A stretch of 64,000 nt of DNA from an uncultured Chloroflexia bacterium (GCA_963757865.1 CAVWSU010000018.1:43644-107643), one strand, 5' to 3'. Counted from the first letter of the stretch, positions 1-11,301 are shown. Numbers and translations are program-made. The notes: a model not told the origin generated them from the letters alone.

Positions 1-940
1 GTCGCACAAGGCGCGGCACCTCTTCGCGCTCCTGGTGCACCTGGAGGTGGCCGAACGGCTCGGCCGGACCGACCCGTCGAACCGGCCGCACCTCGCCATC
101 GCGAGCTGCGGCAATGCCGCCCTTGCGGCTGCCGTCGTGGCCGCAGCCGGGGGTCGCGTGCTGGACGTGTTCGTCCCGGTCGATGCCGACCCGGTCGTCG
201 TGCGCCGGCTGGAATCGCTGGGTGCGCAGGTGACCGTCTGTCCGCGCGAACCCGGCGTTCCGGGCGACCCGACGTACCACCGGCTGCGCGCCGCCCTCGC
301 GGCCGGTGCCCTGCCGTTCACGTGCCAGGGCAACGAGAACGGGCTGGCCGTCGAGAGCGCCTTCACGCTCGGCTACGAGATGGCAACCGCCCTTGCGGGC
401 ACACCAGGGCTCGACCGGCTCGTGATCCAGGTGGGCGGGGGCGCGCTCGCCAGCGCCTGCATCGAGTCGCTCGACGAGGCCCACCGTCTCGGCGCGCTGG
501 AGCGCGTTCCGCGGTTCCACGCGGTGCAGACCGCGGGCGCATGGCCGCTGCCCCGGGCCTTCGAGCGTGTGTCGGCCCGCGTGCCCGCCGGCGCGGATCC
601 GGGGGAGCTGCGGGCCGCGGTCGCGTACGCCGCCACCCATCGGTCGGAGTTCATGTGGCCGTGGGAGGACGAACCGCACAGCATCGCCCACGGGATCCTC
701 GACGACGAGACGTACGACTGGGTCGCGATCGTGGATGGCCTGCTCGCCACGGGCGGCGGGACCGTGATCGTCGACGAGGACCTCCTGGCCCGTGCGAATG
801 CGCTGGGGGTCGAGTCGACCGGGATCGACGCCGACGAGACCGGATCGTCGGGGCTGGCCGGCCTGCTCGCCCTCCGTCAGCAGGGCGCAATCGGCGACCA
901 CGAGCGCGTCGGCGTCCTGTTCACGGGCATCAGGCGATGA
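1..940 (+). CDS. PLP-dependent fold-type II enzyme (Trp-synthase-beta superfamily; DpaL/YgeX- or threonine-dehydratase-like), N-terminus outside window
   Basis: ORF 35..940 stays open in frame to the window edge. Gly-rich 'ASCGNAALAAAVVAA' loop and C-terminal 'ETGSSGLAGL..VGVLFTG' are typical of fold-II PLP enzymes. The catalytic Lys region would lie upstream of the window. Confidence 0.6.
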   Translation, partial: SHKARHLFALLVHLEVAERLGRTDPSNRPHLAIASCGNAALAAAVVAAAGGRVLDVFVPVDADPVVVRRLESLGAQVTVCPREPGVPGDPTYHRLRAALAAGALPFTCQGNENGLAVESAFTLGYEMATALAGTPGLDRLVIQVGGGALASACIESLDEAHRLGALERVPRFHAVQTAGAWPLPRAFERVSARVPAGADPGELRAAVAYAATHRSEFMWPWEDEPHSIAHGILDDETYDWVAIVDGLLATGGGTVIVDEDLLARANALGVESTGIDADETGSSGLAGLLALRQQGAIGDHERVGVLFTGIRR

Positions 941-1040
941 CGAGTGTCGCGCTGGGGCGACGGTGGCGGCGAGCCCGTTCCATCACATGGCCGGGGCGGA
1001 CCGTCGTGCGGACCAGGCAGGGGGGATAAGGAGGGAGTCC

Positions 1041-2081
1041 ATGAACGGAGTGGATCGCATCCCCGGCCAGACCCCGGGCATGGTCTGCGCGCATCACCAT
1101 ATCTACTCGGCGCTCGCCCGCGGGATGCCGGCGCCCCCGATGGTCCCGCGCACGTTCCGCCAGATCCTCGAGCAGGTCTGGTGGCGGCTCGACACGGCGC
1201 TCGACCTCGAAATGCTCGAGTGGTCGGCGAAGCTGGCGGCCCTCGAGGCGCTCGAGTGCGGGACGACGGCCATCGTCGACCACCACGAGTCCCCCAACGC
1301 GATCGAGGGCTCGCTGTCGGTCATCGCCGACGCCTGCGCCGAGGTCGGCGTGCGGGTCGTCTGCGCGTACGGCGTGACGGATCGCCACGGGCACGACGGT
1401 GCGCTGCGCGGCCTCGAGGAGAACCGACGCTTCCTGCAAGCCGGCGGGCGTGGCCTGGTCGGGATCCACGCGGCGTTCACGTGCGCCGACGAGACGCTGT
1501 CGGCCGCGGCCGAGCTGGCCGCCGAGCTCGGCGTGGGCGTGCACATCCACGTCTGCGAGGGGCCCGAGGACGCCGAGGCTCCCGGCCGGCTGGCGGCCCT
1601 GGCGGCACCCGACTGGCTGCTGGCCCACGGGGTGCACCTGGCGGACGACCACGGCCTGCCCGGCACGATCCTCCACAACCCGTTCTCGAACCTCAACAAC
1701 TCGGTCGGGTACGCCAACCCGGCCCGCTTCCCCAACCCGGTCGCGCTCGGCACCGACGGGATCGGCGCCCACATGATCGAGACCTTCCGGCTCGCCTACG
1801 CGCTCCAGCGCTCGGTCGACGTGACCGCGTCGCCCGAGACCGCGTGGGGCTGGCTGCAGACCGGTTGGGACCTGGTGCCGGAGGCGCGGCAGGACCGCGT
1901 GACGTGGTCGTACGAGCCCATGGATCCGTGGCACATCGCGTTCACCCCGGGCATCCGGCCCCTGCGTGTCGAGGTCGGCAGCGAGCTCGTCTGGGACGAG
2001 CGCGGCCCGACACGGGTGGACGCGGGCGAGATCCGGGCGAAGGCCCGGGAGCAGGCGGCGCGCCTGCACGCCCGGCTATGA
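1041..2081 (+). CDS. ssnA: SsnA-type amidohydrolase (chlorohydrolase/aminohydrolase family)
   Basis: ATG 1041 follows a GGAGGGA RBS. Alignable by eye to E. coli SsnA (VCAHHHIYSAL.., WWRLD, DHHESP, GxHIHxxE, LGTDG). The protein lacks ~45 N-terminal residues found in E. coli SsnA. Confidence 0.8.
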   Translation: MNGVDRIPGQTPGMVCAHHHIYSALARGMPAPPMVPRTFRQILEQVWWRLDTALDLEMLEWSAKLAALEALECGTTAIVDHHESPNAIEGSLSVIADACAEVGVRVVCAYGVTDRHGHDGALRGLEENRRFLQAGGRGLVGIHAAFTCADETLSAAAELAAELGVGVHIHVCEGPEDAEAPGRLAALAAPDWLLAHGVHLADDHGLPGTILHNPFSNLNNSVGYANPARFPNPVALGTDGIGAHMIETFRLAYALQRSVDVTASPETAWGWLQTGWDLVPEARQDRVTWSYEPMDPWHIAFTPGIRPLRVEVGSELVWDERGPTRVDAGEIRAKAREQAARLHARL

Positions 2082-2221
2082 GCGCCGCGGACGAGCCGGT
2101 GATTGCCGGAGCGATGACGGAGTAAGGACCAAGCACCCAGGAACGCGCCCGGCAGCAGGGGGGCCGGCCGGGCGGGCAACGACCTGACGCGGACCACGTC
2201 CGCCCCACGAGGGAGCCCCCG

Positions 2222-5641
<3,420 letters not shown>

Positions 5642-5778
5642 CGGGAACCCGCGCGCGAGCCGGGGCCGAGCCGGAGCCGGGGACGCCGGACCGAATCGCC
5701 GTTGGGGTCCGATCCCGTCCGGCACACGCTTACACGAAAGAGGCGGGACTCCGGGGGCCCGCTTCCGATCTCGATCAC

Positions 5779-5824
5779 TGGAGCCGACACTCGGACTTGA
5801 ACCGAGGACCTGCTGTTCACGAAA
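5779..5824 (-). repeat. Truncated copy (46 nt, 1 mismatch) of the tRNA-Thr(CGT) 3' half, anticodon loop to CCA, inverted relative to the intact gene at 7934
   Basis: Plus strand 5779-5824 equals the reverse complement of tRNA positions 32-76 including CCA. Identity ends abruptly at the anticodon loop. Confidence 0.8.
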
Positions 5825-5936
5825 CCGACGAAGGGGTGCGAAAGAGGGCTCCGAGGTCAGTATCGACAAGCCGCCCCGCGAGGACGAGCACCCACGAGCG
5901 CGGCCGCCAGTAGCGAGGTGATGGTGCGTGATTGTG

Positions 5937-5956
5937 CTGCACGGATTCCGGTGCAA
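5937..5956 (+). promoter_or_regulatory. Putative HipB operator 1 (cTGCAC-N8-GTGCAA inverted repeat)
   Basis: Inverted 6-bp arms with an 8-bp spacer, which is the same geometry as E. coli hipBA operators. A second copy lies 70 bp downstream. Confidence 0.5.
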
Positions 5957-6007
5957 CCAGGGTCCTTGAGACTCGGAGTGGCGCGTCCGCCGTGCTACAA
6001 CGTCGCG

Positions 6008-6027
6008 TTGCACGGATAATGGTGCAA
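6008..6027 (+). promoter_or_regulatory. Putative HipB operator 2 (TTGCAC-N8-GTGCAA) abutting the promoter -35
   Basis: Same arms as operator 1. It lies 5 bp upstream of the consensus TTGACA at 6033-6038. Confidence 0.5.
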
Positions 6028-6032
6028 ACTGA

Positions 6033-6061
6033 TTGACAGCCACGCTGGACCGACCTACTCT
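6033..6061 (+). promoter_or_regulatory. hipBST promoter: -35 TTGACA, 17-nt spacer, -10 TACTCT
   Basis: AT-rich island in GC-rich DNA with a perfect -35 and correct spacing. It is ~40 nt upstream of the hipB GTG. Confidence 0.45.
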
Positions 6062-6102
6062 GCGTGCGTGACACCAATCTGCACGCAAAGAGGTGCACAA
6101 CA

Positions 6103-6330
6103 GTGCTCCAGACGCCTTCGCCTATCGGGGGGTTCGTTCGCGAGCGCCGCCGAGCTCGGGGTCTCAGCCAGCGCGAGCTCGCGGAACTCGCGCGCGTGGG
6201 GCCCAACTTCGTGAGTCAGCTCGAGACCGGTAGGCCCGGCCTGCGCATGGAAGGTGTCAACCGCGTTCTTGCTGTCTTTGGCAAGCGGCTGGGAATCGAG
6301 GATCTGCCCCGGGAAGGGAGTGTCCGATGA
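6103..6330 (+). CDS. hipB: HipB-like XRE-family HTH antitoxin/regulator
   Basis: HTH 'LSQRELAELARVGPNFVSQLETG'. GTG 6103 follows an AAGAGG RBS. Its stop overlaps the hipS ATG (ATGA). The ORF-track start 6064 probably lies inside the promoter. Confidence 0.75.
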   Translation: MLQTPSPIGGFVRERRRARGLSQRELAELARVGPNFVSQLETGRPGLRMEGVNRVLAVFGKRLGIEDLPREGSVR

Positions 6331-6671
6331 GCTCGCCACGACGAGGGCTCGTCCGACTCGATGGCCGTCCCGTAGGAACGCTCGACGAGTCGGAGGACCG
6401 GCGGTTCGTCACCTTCCGATACAACGAGAACTACCTCCGCGCGCCCGACGCCGTGCCCGTGTCCCTGAGGATTCCGCTCTCACGCGATCCGATCGAGACC
6501 TGGGGGCTCCATCCGTTCTTTCGCAACTTGCTCCCAGAGGGGTGGCTGCGAGCCCTCTCGGTCGCCAAGCTCAAGGTCGCCGAGGACGATGAGTTCGGCC
6601 TCCTGCTGGCCACGGGCTCGGACTGCGCGGGCGCAGCTGAAGTCGTTCCCCTCGAGGCGCCCGCAGAGTGA
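6327..6671 (+). CDS. hipS: HipS-like protein (stand-alone HipA N-terminal subdomain)
   Basis: 114 aa. 'FFRNLLPEGWLR..LKVAEDDEFGLLLATGSDCAGAAE' matches the HipA N-terminal domain and E. coli O127 HipS. It overlaps hipB by 4 nt and hipT by 4 nt (GTGA). Confidence 0.8.
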   Translation: MSSPRRGLVRLDGRPVGTLDESEDRRFVTFRYNENYLRAPDAVPVSLRIPLSRDPIETWGLHPFFRNLLPEGWLRALSVAKLKVAEDDEFGLLLATGSDCAGAAEVVPLEAPAE

Positions 6672-7594
6672 CCGCATCATGTCTTACCTGCCTGCGGCCG
6701 GTGCCCGACGCGAAGAAGCACCACGCCCGGTGCGCTCGTCGACTCTTCGGAACCGACGTCGCGCCGAGCCTCGATCTTCGACAGTCAGAGATCCAGACGC
6801 TTGCGCTCGCGACGATCGGCCGCAGCTCGCTCGCAGGTGTGCAGCCGAAGATATCGGTCGGTCTACATACCGAGCGGCGCACGCTGCAGCTCGAGACGAA
6901 CGGCGGGCGCTTCATCCTGAAGCCACCCACCGGCGAGTTCGAGGCCCTTCCCGAGAACGAGCACCTGACGATGGAGCTGGCCCGCCGATTCGGCCTGACC
7001 GTCCCGGACACGACGCTCATCGAGCTGCGCGATGGCACGCACGCCTACCTCATCGCACGCTACGATCGCCCGATCACCGGTGGCAAGCTCCGTCAGGAGG
7101 ATTTCTGCCAGCTGCTGCTCCTCCCGCCGGCCTCGAAATACGACGGGACCGCGCTCGACTGCGCATCGGTTATCCGGCAGTTCTCAGCAGAACCGCTGGC
7201 CGATCTCTTCAGACTCTTCGAGACATTCGTGTTCGCCTTCTGGGTCGCCAACGGCGACATGCACCTGAAGAACCTGTCCCTGGCCGCGGATTCCGAAGGT
7301 CGTCACCTGCTCTCACCCGCGTATGACCAGGTGTGCACGGCGCTCTATCCGGGTCTCGACGCCCGCCTCGGGCTTCCGCTGGCGCCTGAAGACCGGAAGA
7401 CCGACCGGGCCACCTGGCTTCGCTTCGCCCGTGCCCTCGACATCCCGGAGCGCGCGGCAACCCGCGTCCTCAACCGGCCAGCATCCCGATTCCGTGTCGC
7501 AACGACAGTGATCGCTCAGAGCTACCTCCCCGATCGTCTGCGTGCCCGGTATAGCCACGTTCTTGCGACGCGCGCTGAAGCGTTAGCCGAGTGA
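6668..7594 (+). CDS. hipT: HipT-like Ser/Thr kinase toxin (HipA C-terminal kinase core)
   Basis: 308 aa. 'GVQPKISV' Gly-rich loop, 'GRFILKPPTGEFEALPENEHLTMELARRFGLTVP', catalytic 'GDMHLKNLSL' and 'PAYDQV' align with E. coli O127 HipT. N-terminus carries a C-x2-C..HH..C cluster. Confidence 0.85.
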   Translation: MTASCLTCLRPVPDAKKHHARCARRLFGTDVAPSLDLRQSEIQTLALATIGRSSLAGVQPKISVGLHTERRTLQLETNGGRFILKPPTGEFEALPENEHLTMELARRFGLTVPDTTLIELRDGTHAYLIARYDRPITGGKLRQEDFCQLLLLPPASKYDGTALDCASVIRQFSAEPLADLFRLFETFVFAFWVANGDMHLKNLSLAADSEGRHLLSPAYDQVCTALYPGLDARLGLPLAPEDRKTDRATWLRFARALDIPERAATRVLNRPASRFRVATTVIAQSYLPDRLRARYSHVLATRAEALAE

Positions 7595-7805
7595 GCGTGG
7601 AGTCCGGGACTCGCCTTCGACAGAGGTAGGGGTGGTCGGGGGGACGAACGGAGGCGCTGTCACCTGTTGCCGTACCGGGGGTACGCCCGCACGCTGGATC
7701 TATCCCAGCCGGTCAAGCGACGGAGCAACGTGCGGCACGCGATGGACGACCGCGCGGACCTAAGCCCGGCGAGCGATACGCTCCTCGCGCGCCCTCGCCA
7801 AGGGT

Positions 7806-7834
7806 GTTGACGAACTTCCTGTACCTGTTTAGGT
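7806..7834 (+). promoter_or_regulatory. Candidate tRNA-Thr promoter (-35 TTGACG, 17 nt, -10 TAGGTT)
   Basis: AT-rich patch 100 nt upstream of the tRNA. Confidence 0.35.
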
Positions 7835-7849
7835 TGACGGTGTCCCGAG

Positions 7850-7875
7850 CGTTAATCGCACGGGATGATTAACGG
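7850..7875 (+). promoter_or_regulatory. Inverted repeat CGTTAATC-N10-GATTAACG between the putative promoter and the tRNA
   Basis: Perfect 8-bp arms with AT-rich content. Function unknown. Confidence 0.3.
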
Positions 7876-7933
7876 GAGGGATGGGGACCAGGCCGGATTC
7901 GTGCTCAGCGGCGCGTGGTAGGATGGCCACCGC

Positions 7934-8008
7934 GCCGACATAGCTCAGTGGTAGAGCAGCTGTTTCGTAAACAGCAGGTCCTCGGTTCAAGTCCGAGTGT
8001 CGGCTCCA
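7934..8008 (+). tRNA. tRNA-Thr (anticodon CGT), CCA encoded
   Basis: Hand-folded cloverleaf: 7-bp acceptor GCCGACA/TGTCGGC, D-arm GCTC-AGTGGTA-GAGC, anticodon stem GCTGT/ACAGC with loop TTCGTAA, T-arm CTCGG-TTCAAGT-CCGAG, discriminator T, then CCA. Confidence 0.9.
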
Positions 8009-8024
8009 CTCGATTGAACGTGAA

Positions 8025-8065
8025 GCCGCCGTTCCGGGAGGGCCCGGGGCGGCGGTTTCGGCGTC
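8025..8065 (+). terminator. Nested GC-rich hairpin downstream of the tRNA
   Basis: AAGCCGCCG..CGGCGGTTT outer stem with CCGGG/CCCGG inner stem. Confidence 0.35.
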
Positions 8066-8228
8066 TTGTCGGCCCTTCTGTCAGCTGTTCTCGTCAAGCC
8101 CCGATGCGTTGACCCACGGTGGGCACGGCGTCGAACCGTTCCGCAGCCTGGCCTCTGCCGTTGGTCGCGAGTCGGGCCGCCCGACCGCGAACGCGCGCGC
8201 GATGGTCAGCACGACGTCGACGCGCGTC

Positions 8229-8687
8229 TCATCCGCCGTGCACTCCCTCGCGCCGACGTGCATCGCCCCCTGGGCCGCCGAAAAGGTACCCCGTCGCGAT
8301 GGCGAGGCCGAAGCCCGTGAGCGAAACGACCTCAAGGATCACCCAGATCCACGCCAGGAAGGCGACGTCTGAGGCTCGGGTCACGCTCCCGCCCGAGAAC
8401 GCGAGCAGGACCAGTATCCCGACCGCCAAACCGACTCCGCCGGCCAGCAGCGCCGCGACGCAGGAACGGGTCGTCCAACCGATGGCCCCGCAGAGTGCCC
8501 CGACCGTCCCGATGCCCAGGAGCACGAGGCCGAGCGCACCTGACCGGGCGTGGCCACATGCCGCGATGACCGCCATCGTTCCGACAACTGTCACGACGAA
8601 CGCCCCCAGGATGGCCGCCGCGGACTGCTTCTCTTCACCCACGGCGCGCCTCCCCTCGACTCGCCCGGTTCCACGTTGCATGTGCAT
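8229..8687 (-). CDS. Hypothetical small membrane protein (about 4 TM segments)
   Basis: Hydrophobic ORF with no recognisable family. The start (M18, after an AGGAAG RBS) is uncertain. Confidence 0.35.
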   Translation of the reverse strand: MHMQRGTGRVEGRRAVGEEKQSAAAILGAFVVTVVGTMAVIAACGHARSGALGLVLLGIGTVGALCGAIGWTTRSCVAALLAGGVGLAVGILVLLAFSGGSVTRASDVAFLAWIWVILEVVSLTGFGLAIATGYLFGGPGGDARRREGVHGG

Positions 8688-9462
8688 CTGCTTCCTGTGC
8701 ATGCGGCGAATCGTCCGACCGCATGCCTTCGGCCGCATCGGGCGCGCGCCTTAGACGATGGGGCGACCGCGCCTCATTTGTACGCTCAGACCGGAGTCCG
8801 AACCCACGAGCCCATCGCGCGCATGGCTCCGGCGTCGACCACGGCGTTCACCATCCCGACGTGTCCCGGCAGACGGCGGCTCGCATGCTCAGCCGCTGGT
8901 AGTCCGGCGACAGGGTGATCCGGACCAGCGAGCCGGCCGCGGTGGCGTTGTCCGCGACTTGACCGTTGGGGCCCAATGGCCCTCGCACGTGATCGTGTCG
9001 AGGTAGAACATCTGAGCTAATCGCGGAAGCGACGAGACGCGGGCCACACGGCGGCCGCGGAGCGACTGGCGAAACCGACCCCCCTCGCAGCGGAAGGAAT
9101 GGGCCATGTCGCCGGTGCTGATCCTGGTGGCGGGAGTGCTCGCGATCATCGTGCTGAGCGCACTCTCGGAGATCCGCCACATGCCGTCCTCGTCGCCGGG
9201 TCGGCGATAGGCGAGGCCACCCTGAGCTTGGCTACGCCGTTCTGCCAATACCGGTTCGGGTGGCGGGTTGCTACAGTCGACGGTGGGCCAGGTCCCCCGC
9301 ATGTGCCCGGCACGTGAGTGTCTTGCGTCCTGACCTGGCCCGCGTGTCGCCCGCTGGCGAGGGCACCGCCAGCGAGCGCCTACGGGGTCCGCAGGGCCGC
9401 GGCCAGCTCTATAGACCGCATTCCCACGTGGATGTGCGCCTCACTGATAGGCAGACTGAGCT

Positions 9463-9475
9463 TATCGAGTCGATA
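9463..9475 (+). promoter_or_regulatory. Palindrome TATCGA-G-TCGATA, candidate operator just upstream of the NTase operon -35
   Basis: Perfect 6-bp arms inside an AT-rich tract. Confidence 0.4.
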
Positions 9476-9477
9476 GT

Positions 9478-9506
9478 TTGACTCTTACTCATCGGCGCCG
9501 TATCGT
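9478..9506 (+). promoter_or_regulatory. Promoter -35 TTGACT, 17 nt, -10 TATCGT, giving a near-leaderless start at the 9513 ATG
   Basis: Correct spacing. The -10 ends 6 nt before the ATG and there is no room for an SD sequence. Confidence 0.4.
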
Positions 9507-9512
9507 GCAGGA

Positions 9513-10103
9513 ATGGACACCATCGGGCGGGCGCAGCTGGAGACGGCGCTGGCCGCCCTCGGTGAGTTGTTGGCCGCTCGTGAGCTGCACTACGAGGTCG
9601 TCCTCGTCGGTGGCGGCAACCTGATTCTGCGTGAGTTCATTCCACGTCCGACCACCAAGGACCTCGACATCCTGGGCGCGAAGACGCCGGACGGTGTCGC
9701 TCAGATGCGCCCGGTGCCCAAGCCGCTCCGCGACGCCGTCATCGATGTCGGCCGAGCTTTCGGACTCGCGGACGACTGGCTGAACACCGGCCCGGACTCG
9801 CTGCTCGACCTCGGCCTGCCGGACGGGTTCGTCGAGCGCCTCGAGCAACGCGACTACGGCGGCCTGGTCGCCTGGCTGGCGGGCTGGTACGACATGGTGT
9901 GTTTCAAGCTCTATGCCGCCGTGGATCAAGGCCTCCGGAGCCGGCACTTCCAGGATCTTCGCGATTTGGGGCCGAGCCGCGACGATCTCCTCCCGGCTGC
10001 CCACTGGGCGATGAGCCACGACCCGTCACCCGGCTTCCGGAGCTTGCTTGTCGAGACACTTCGGGCACTCGACATCGAAGATGCCGATGCATCCCTCGGC
10101 TAG
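9513..10103 (+). CDS. Nucleotidyltransferase-fold protein, AbiEii/DUF1814-like (or DUF6036/MNT-like) putative toxin
   Basis: 'LVGGGNLILREF..TTKDLDIL' (GG..x9-12..DLD NTase motif) and C-terminal 'FKLYAAVDQGLRSRHFQDLRDL' (the RDLYD-type motif of AbiEii). It overlaps the next gene by 23 nt. Confidence 0.55.
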   Translation: MDTIGRAQLETALAALGELLAARELHYEVVLVGGGNLILREFIPRPTTKDLDILGAKTPDGVAQMRPVPKPLRDAVIDVGRAFGLADDWLNTGPDSLLDLGLPDGFVERLEQRDYGGLVAWLAGWYDMVCFKLYAAVDQGLRSRHFQDLRDLGPSRDDLLPAAHWAMSHDPSPGFRSLLVETLRALDIEDADASLG

Positions 10104-10980
10104 CTCGCTCCAGGGAGCACTCCTTGACCGGGCCTGGATCCAGTGGGCCGCGCTCGGCGTCGACGCCACGGTCGAGCGCGACGATGCCGTTGTCGATCCC
10201 GAGGCCCTGATCGCCGTCACGGCCGAACTCGGCGATGCTGACGCACGACTACGCGACCTCAGCACGGACTGGTGCGTTGCGTATGGCCGCTACGTCAACG
10301 GCTCCCGCCTCAGGCAAGTGGCGCGCGAGCTCGGAACCCCGGATGACGCCATCGGCGAGTACGTCGCCACGGTCGCCGCGGCGGGGGGTCCAGCGTGGCC
10401 GTTGGCGACGCGACCCAGGCCCGACTACGTCCGGCGGGAGAAGGCTCGACTCGACTCTGCGGAGTCCCGACCACGTCTCCGCATCCGGCTTCGTGCGGCT
10501 TTCGGGGTCAACGCCCGGGCGGATATCCTCGCTGCGCTGTTGGCCGCGCCGACCGGCGGCCTCAACGCCGCCGATCTCGCCCGCAACACTCGCTTCACGA
10601 AGCCGAGCATCGCCTCTGCTCTCGATGCGCTCCTGCTGGCCGGACTCGTTAGGGCACGACCCGTGGCGAACGAGCGGCGGTTCACCTTGCCGCCGAAGGT
10701 GCCGATCCTGCCGGGACTCCGGCCACCGGTGCCGCAGGCTGATTGGGTCGCCAGATTCGCCGTGGCGCTCGAGGTGCGTCGATTCTCGGAGCGCGACGAC
10801 ATGTCGACGACCGTTCGCGCCATCGAGGCCCGCCGACTAGTCAACCTGCTTGCCGATCGGCTCTCGACCGAACGCATGCCGATGCCACATCTGGACGCAG
10901 CCGGGGATGAGTTCGCGATGGCCTTCGATCGGTGGATCGTTCACCTCGTGGGCTGGCTGCGGGCGCCCACTCCTGAGTAG
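10081..10980 (+). CDS. Hypothetical ~300-aa protein with an internal MarR/ArsR-like wHTH; co-operonic partner of the NTase
   Basis: 'GLNAADLARNTRFTKPSIASALDALLLAGLV' helix-turn-helix. No family recognised for the flanking regions. Confidence 0.45.
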   Translation: MPMHPSASSLQGALLDRAWIQWAALGVDATVERDDAVVDPEALIAVTAELGDADARLRDLSTDWCVAYGRYVNGSRLRQVARELGTPDDAIGEYVATVAAAGGPAWPLATRPRPDYVRREKARLDSAESRPRLRIRLRAAFGVNARADILAALLAAPTGGLNAADLARNTRFTKPSIASALDALLLAGLVRARPVANERRFTLPPKVPILPGLRPPVPQADWVARFAVALEVRRFSERDDMSTTVRAIEARRLVNLLADRLSTERMPMPHLDAAGDEFAMAFDRWIVHLVGWLRAPTPE

Positions 10981-11273
10981 AACTGAGCGACTCGGTCGCG
11001 GGCGAGACTTCGCTCGCAACATGGGCCTCGCGTGGGGTGCCCCGTCGCGGCAGTCGGAGCTGTCGCGACCCGTCGACCTCCTGTACGTCTCGCATGCCGA
11101 GACGAAGACAGGCGCGACGCGTCCCCGCTCCCCTGATCTCGTGCGACGCACTGCCAGGGAGCCACGACTGAGCCCCGCGCGCTGACACCCGGGAGATCCC
11201 CGGTTCCTCCGTGGCACCGCCCTCGCCGAAACCGCGGCACGGGCTGACCTGCCCGCAGCCGGTCATGGCCGCG

Positions 11274-11301
11274 TGAACAGTCCCGCCGCTTGAACAGTCC
11301 C
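11274..11301 (+). promoter_or_regulatory. Direct repeat TGAACAGTCCC x2, 17 bp start-to-start, in the ABC-exporter upstream region
   Basis: Exact 11-mers at 11274-11284 and 11291-11301. Candidate response-regulator-type site. Confidence 0.3.

Noticed and set aside
792-1040. An upstream extension of ssnA (ORF 792..2081) to recover the missing N-terminal beta-sandwich
   Set aside because: The in-frame upstream translation is Ser/Arg/Ala-rich nonsense that overlaps the well-conserved PLP-enzyme C-terminus. ATG 1041 has a strong RBS.
2082-2221. A riboswitch or leader in the 140-nt ygfK 5' region
   Set aside because: No conserved riboswitch core (TPP, SAM, purine, ZTP, glycine and similar) is recognisable. 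The region is a GC-rich spacer ending in a GAGGGAG RBS.
6064-6102. hipB start at the track's first GTG (6064)
   Set aside because: That codon lies 3 nt after the predicted -10 hexamer, inside or upstream of the likely transcription start. GTG 6103 has an AAGAGG RBS at correct spacing.
8848-9302. Minus-strand ORFs 8848..9180 and 8889..9302 as genes
   Set aside because: Only the last ~45 codons of the 8848..9180 frame show high GC3. There is no recognisable domain or start context. It is possibly a decayed gene remnant and is left unannotated.
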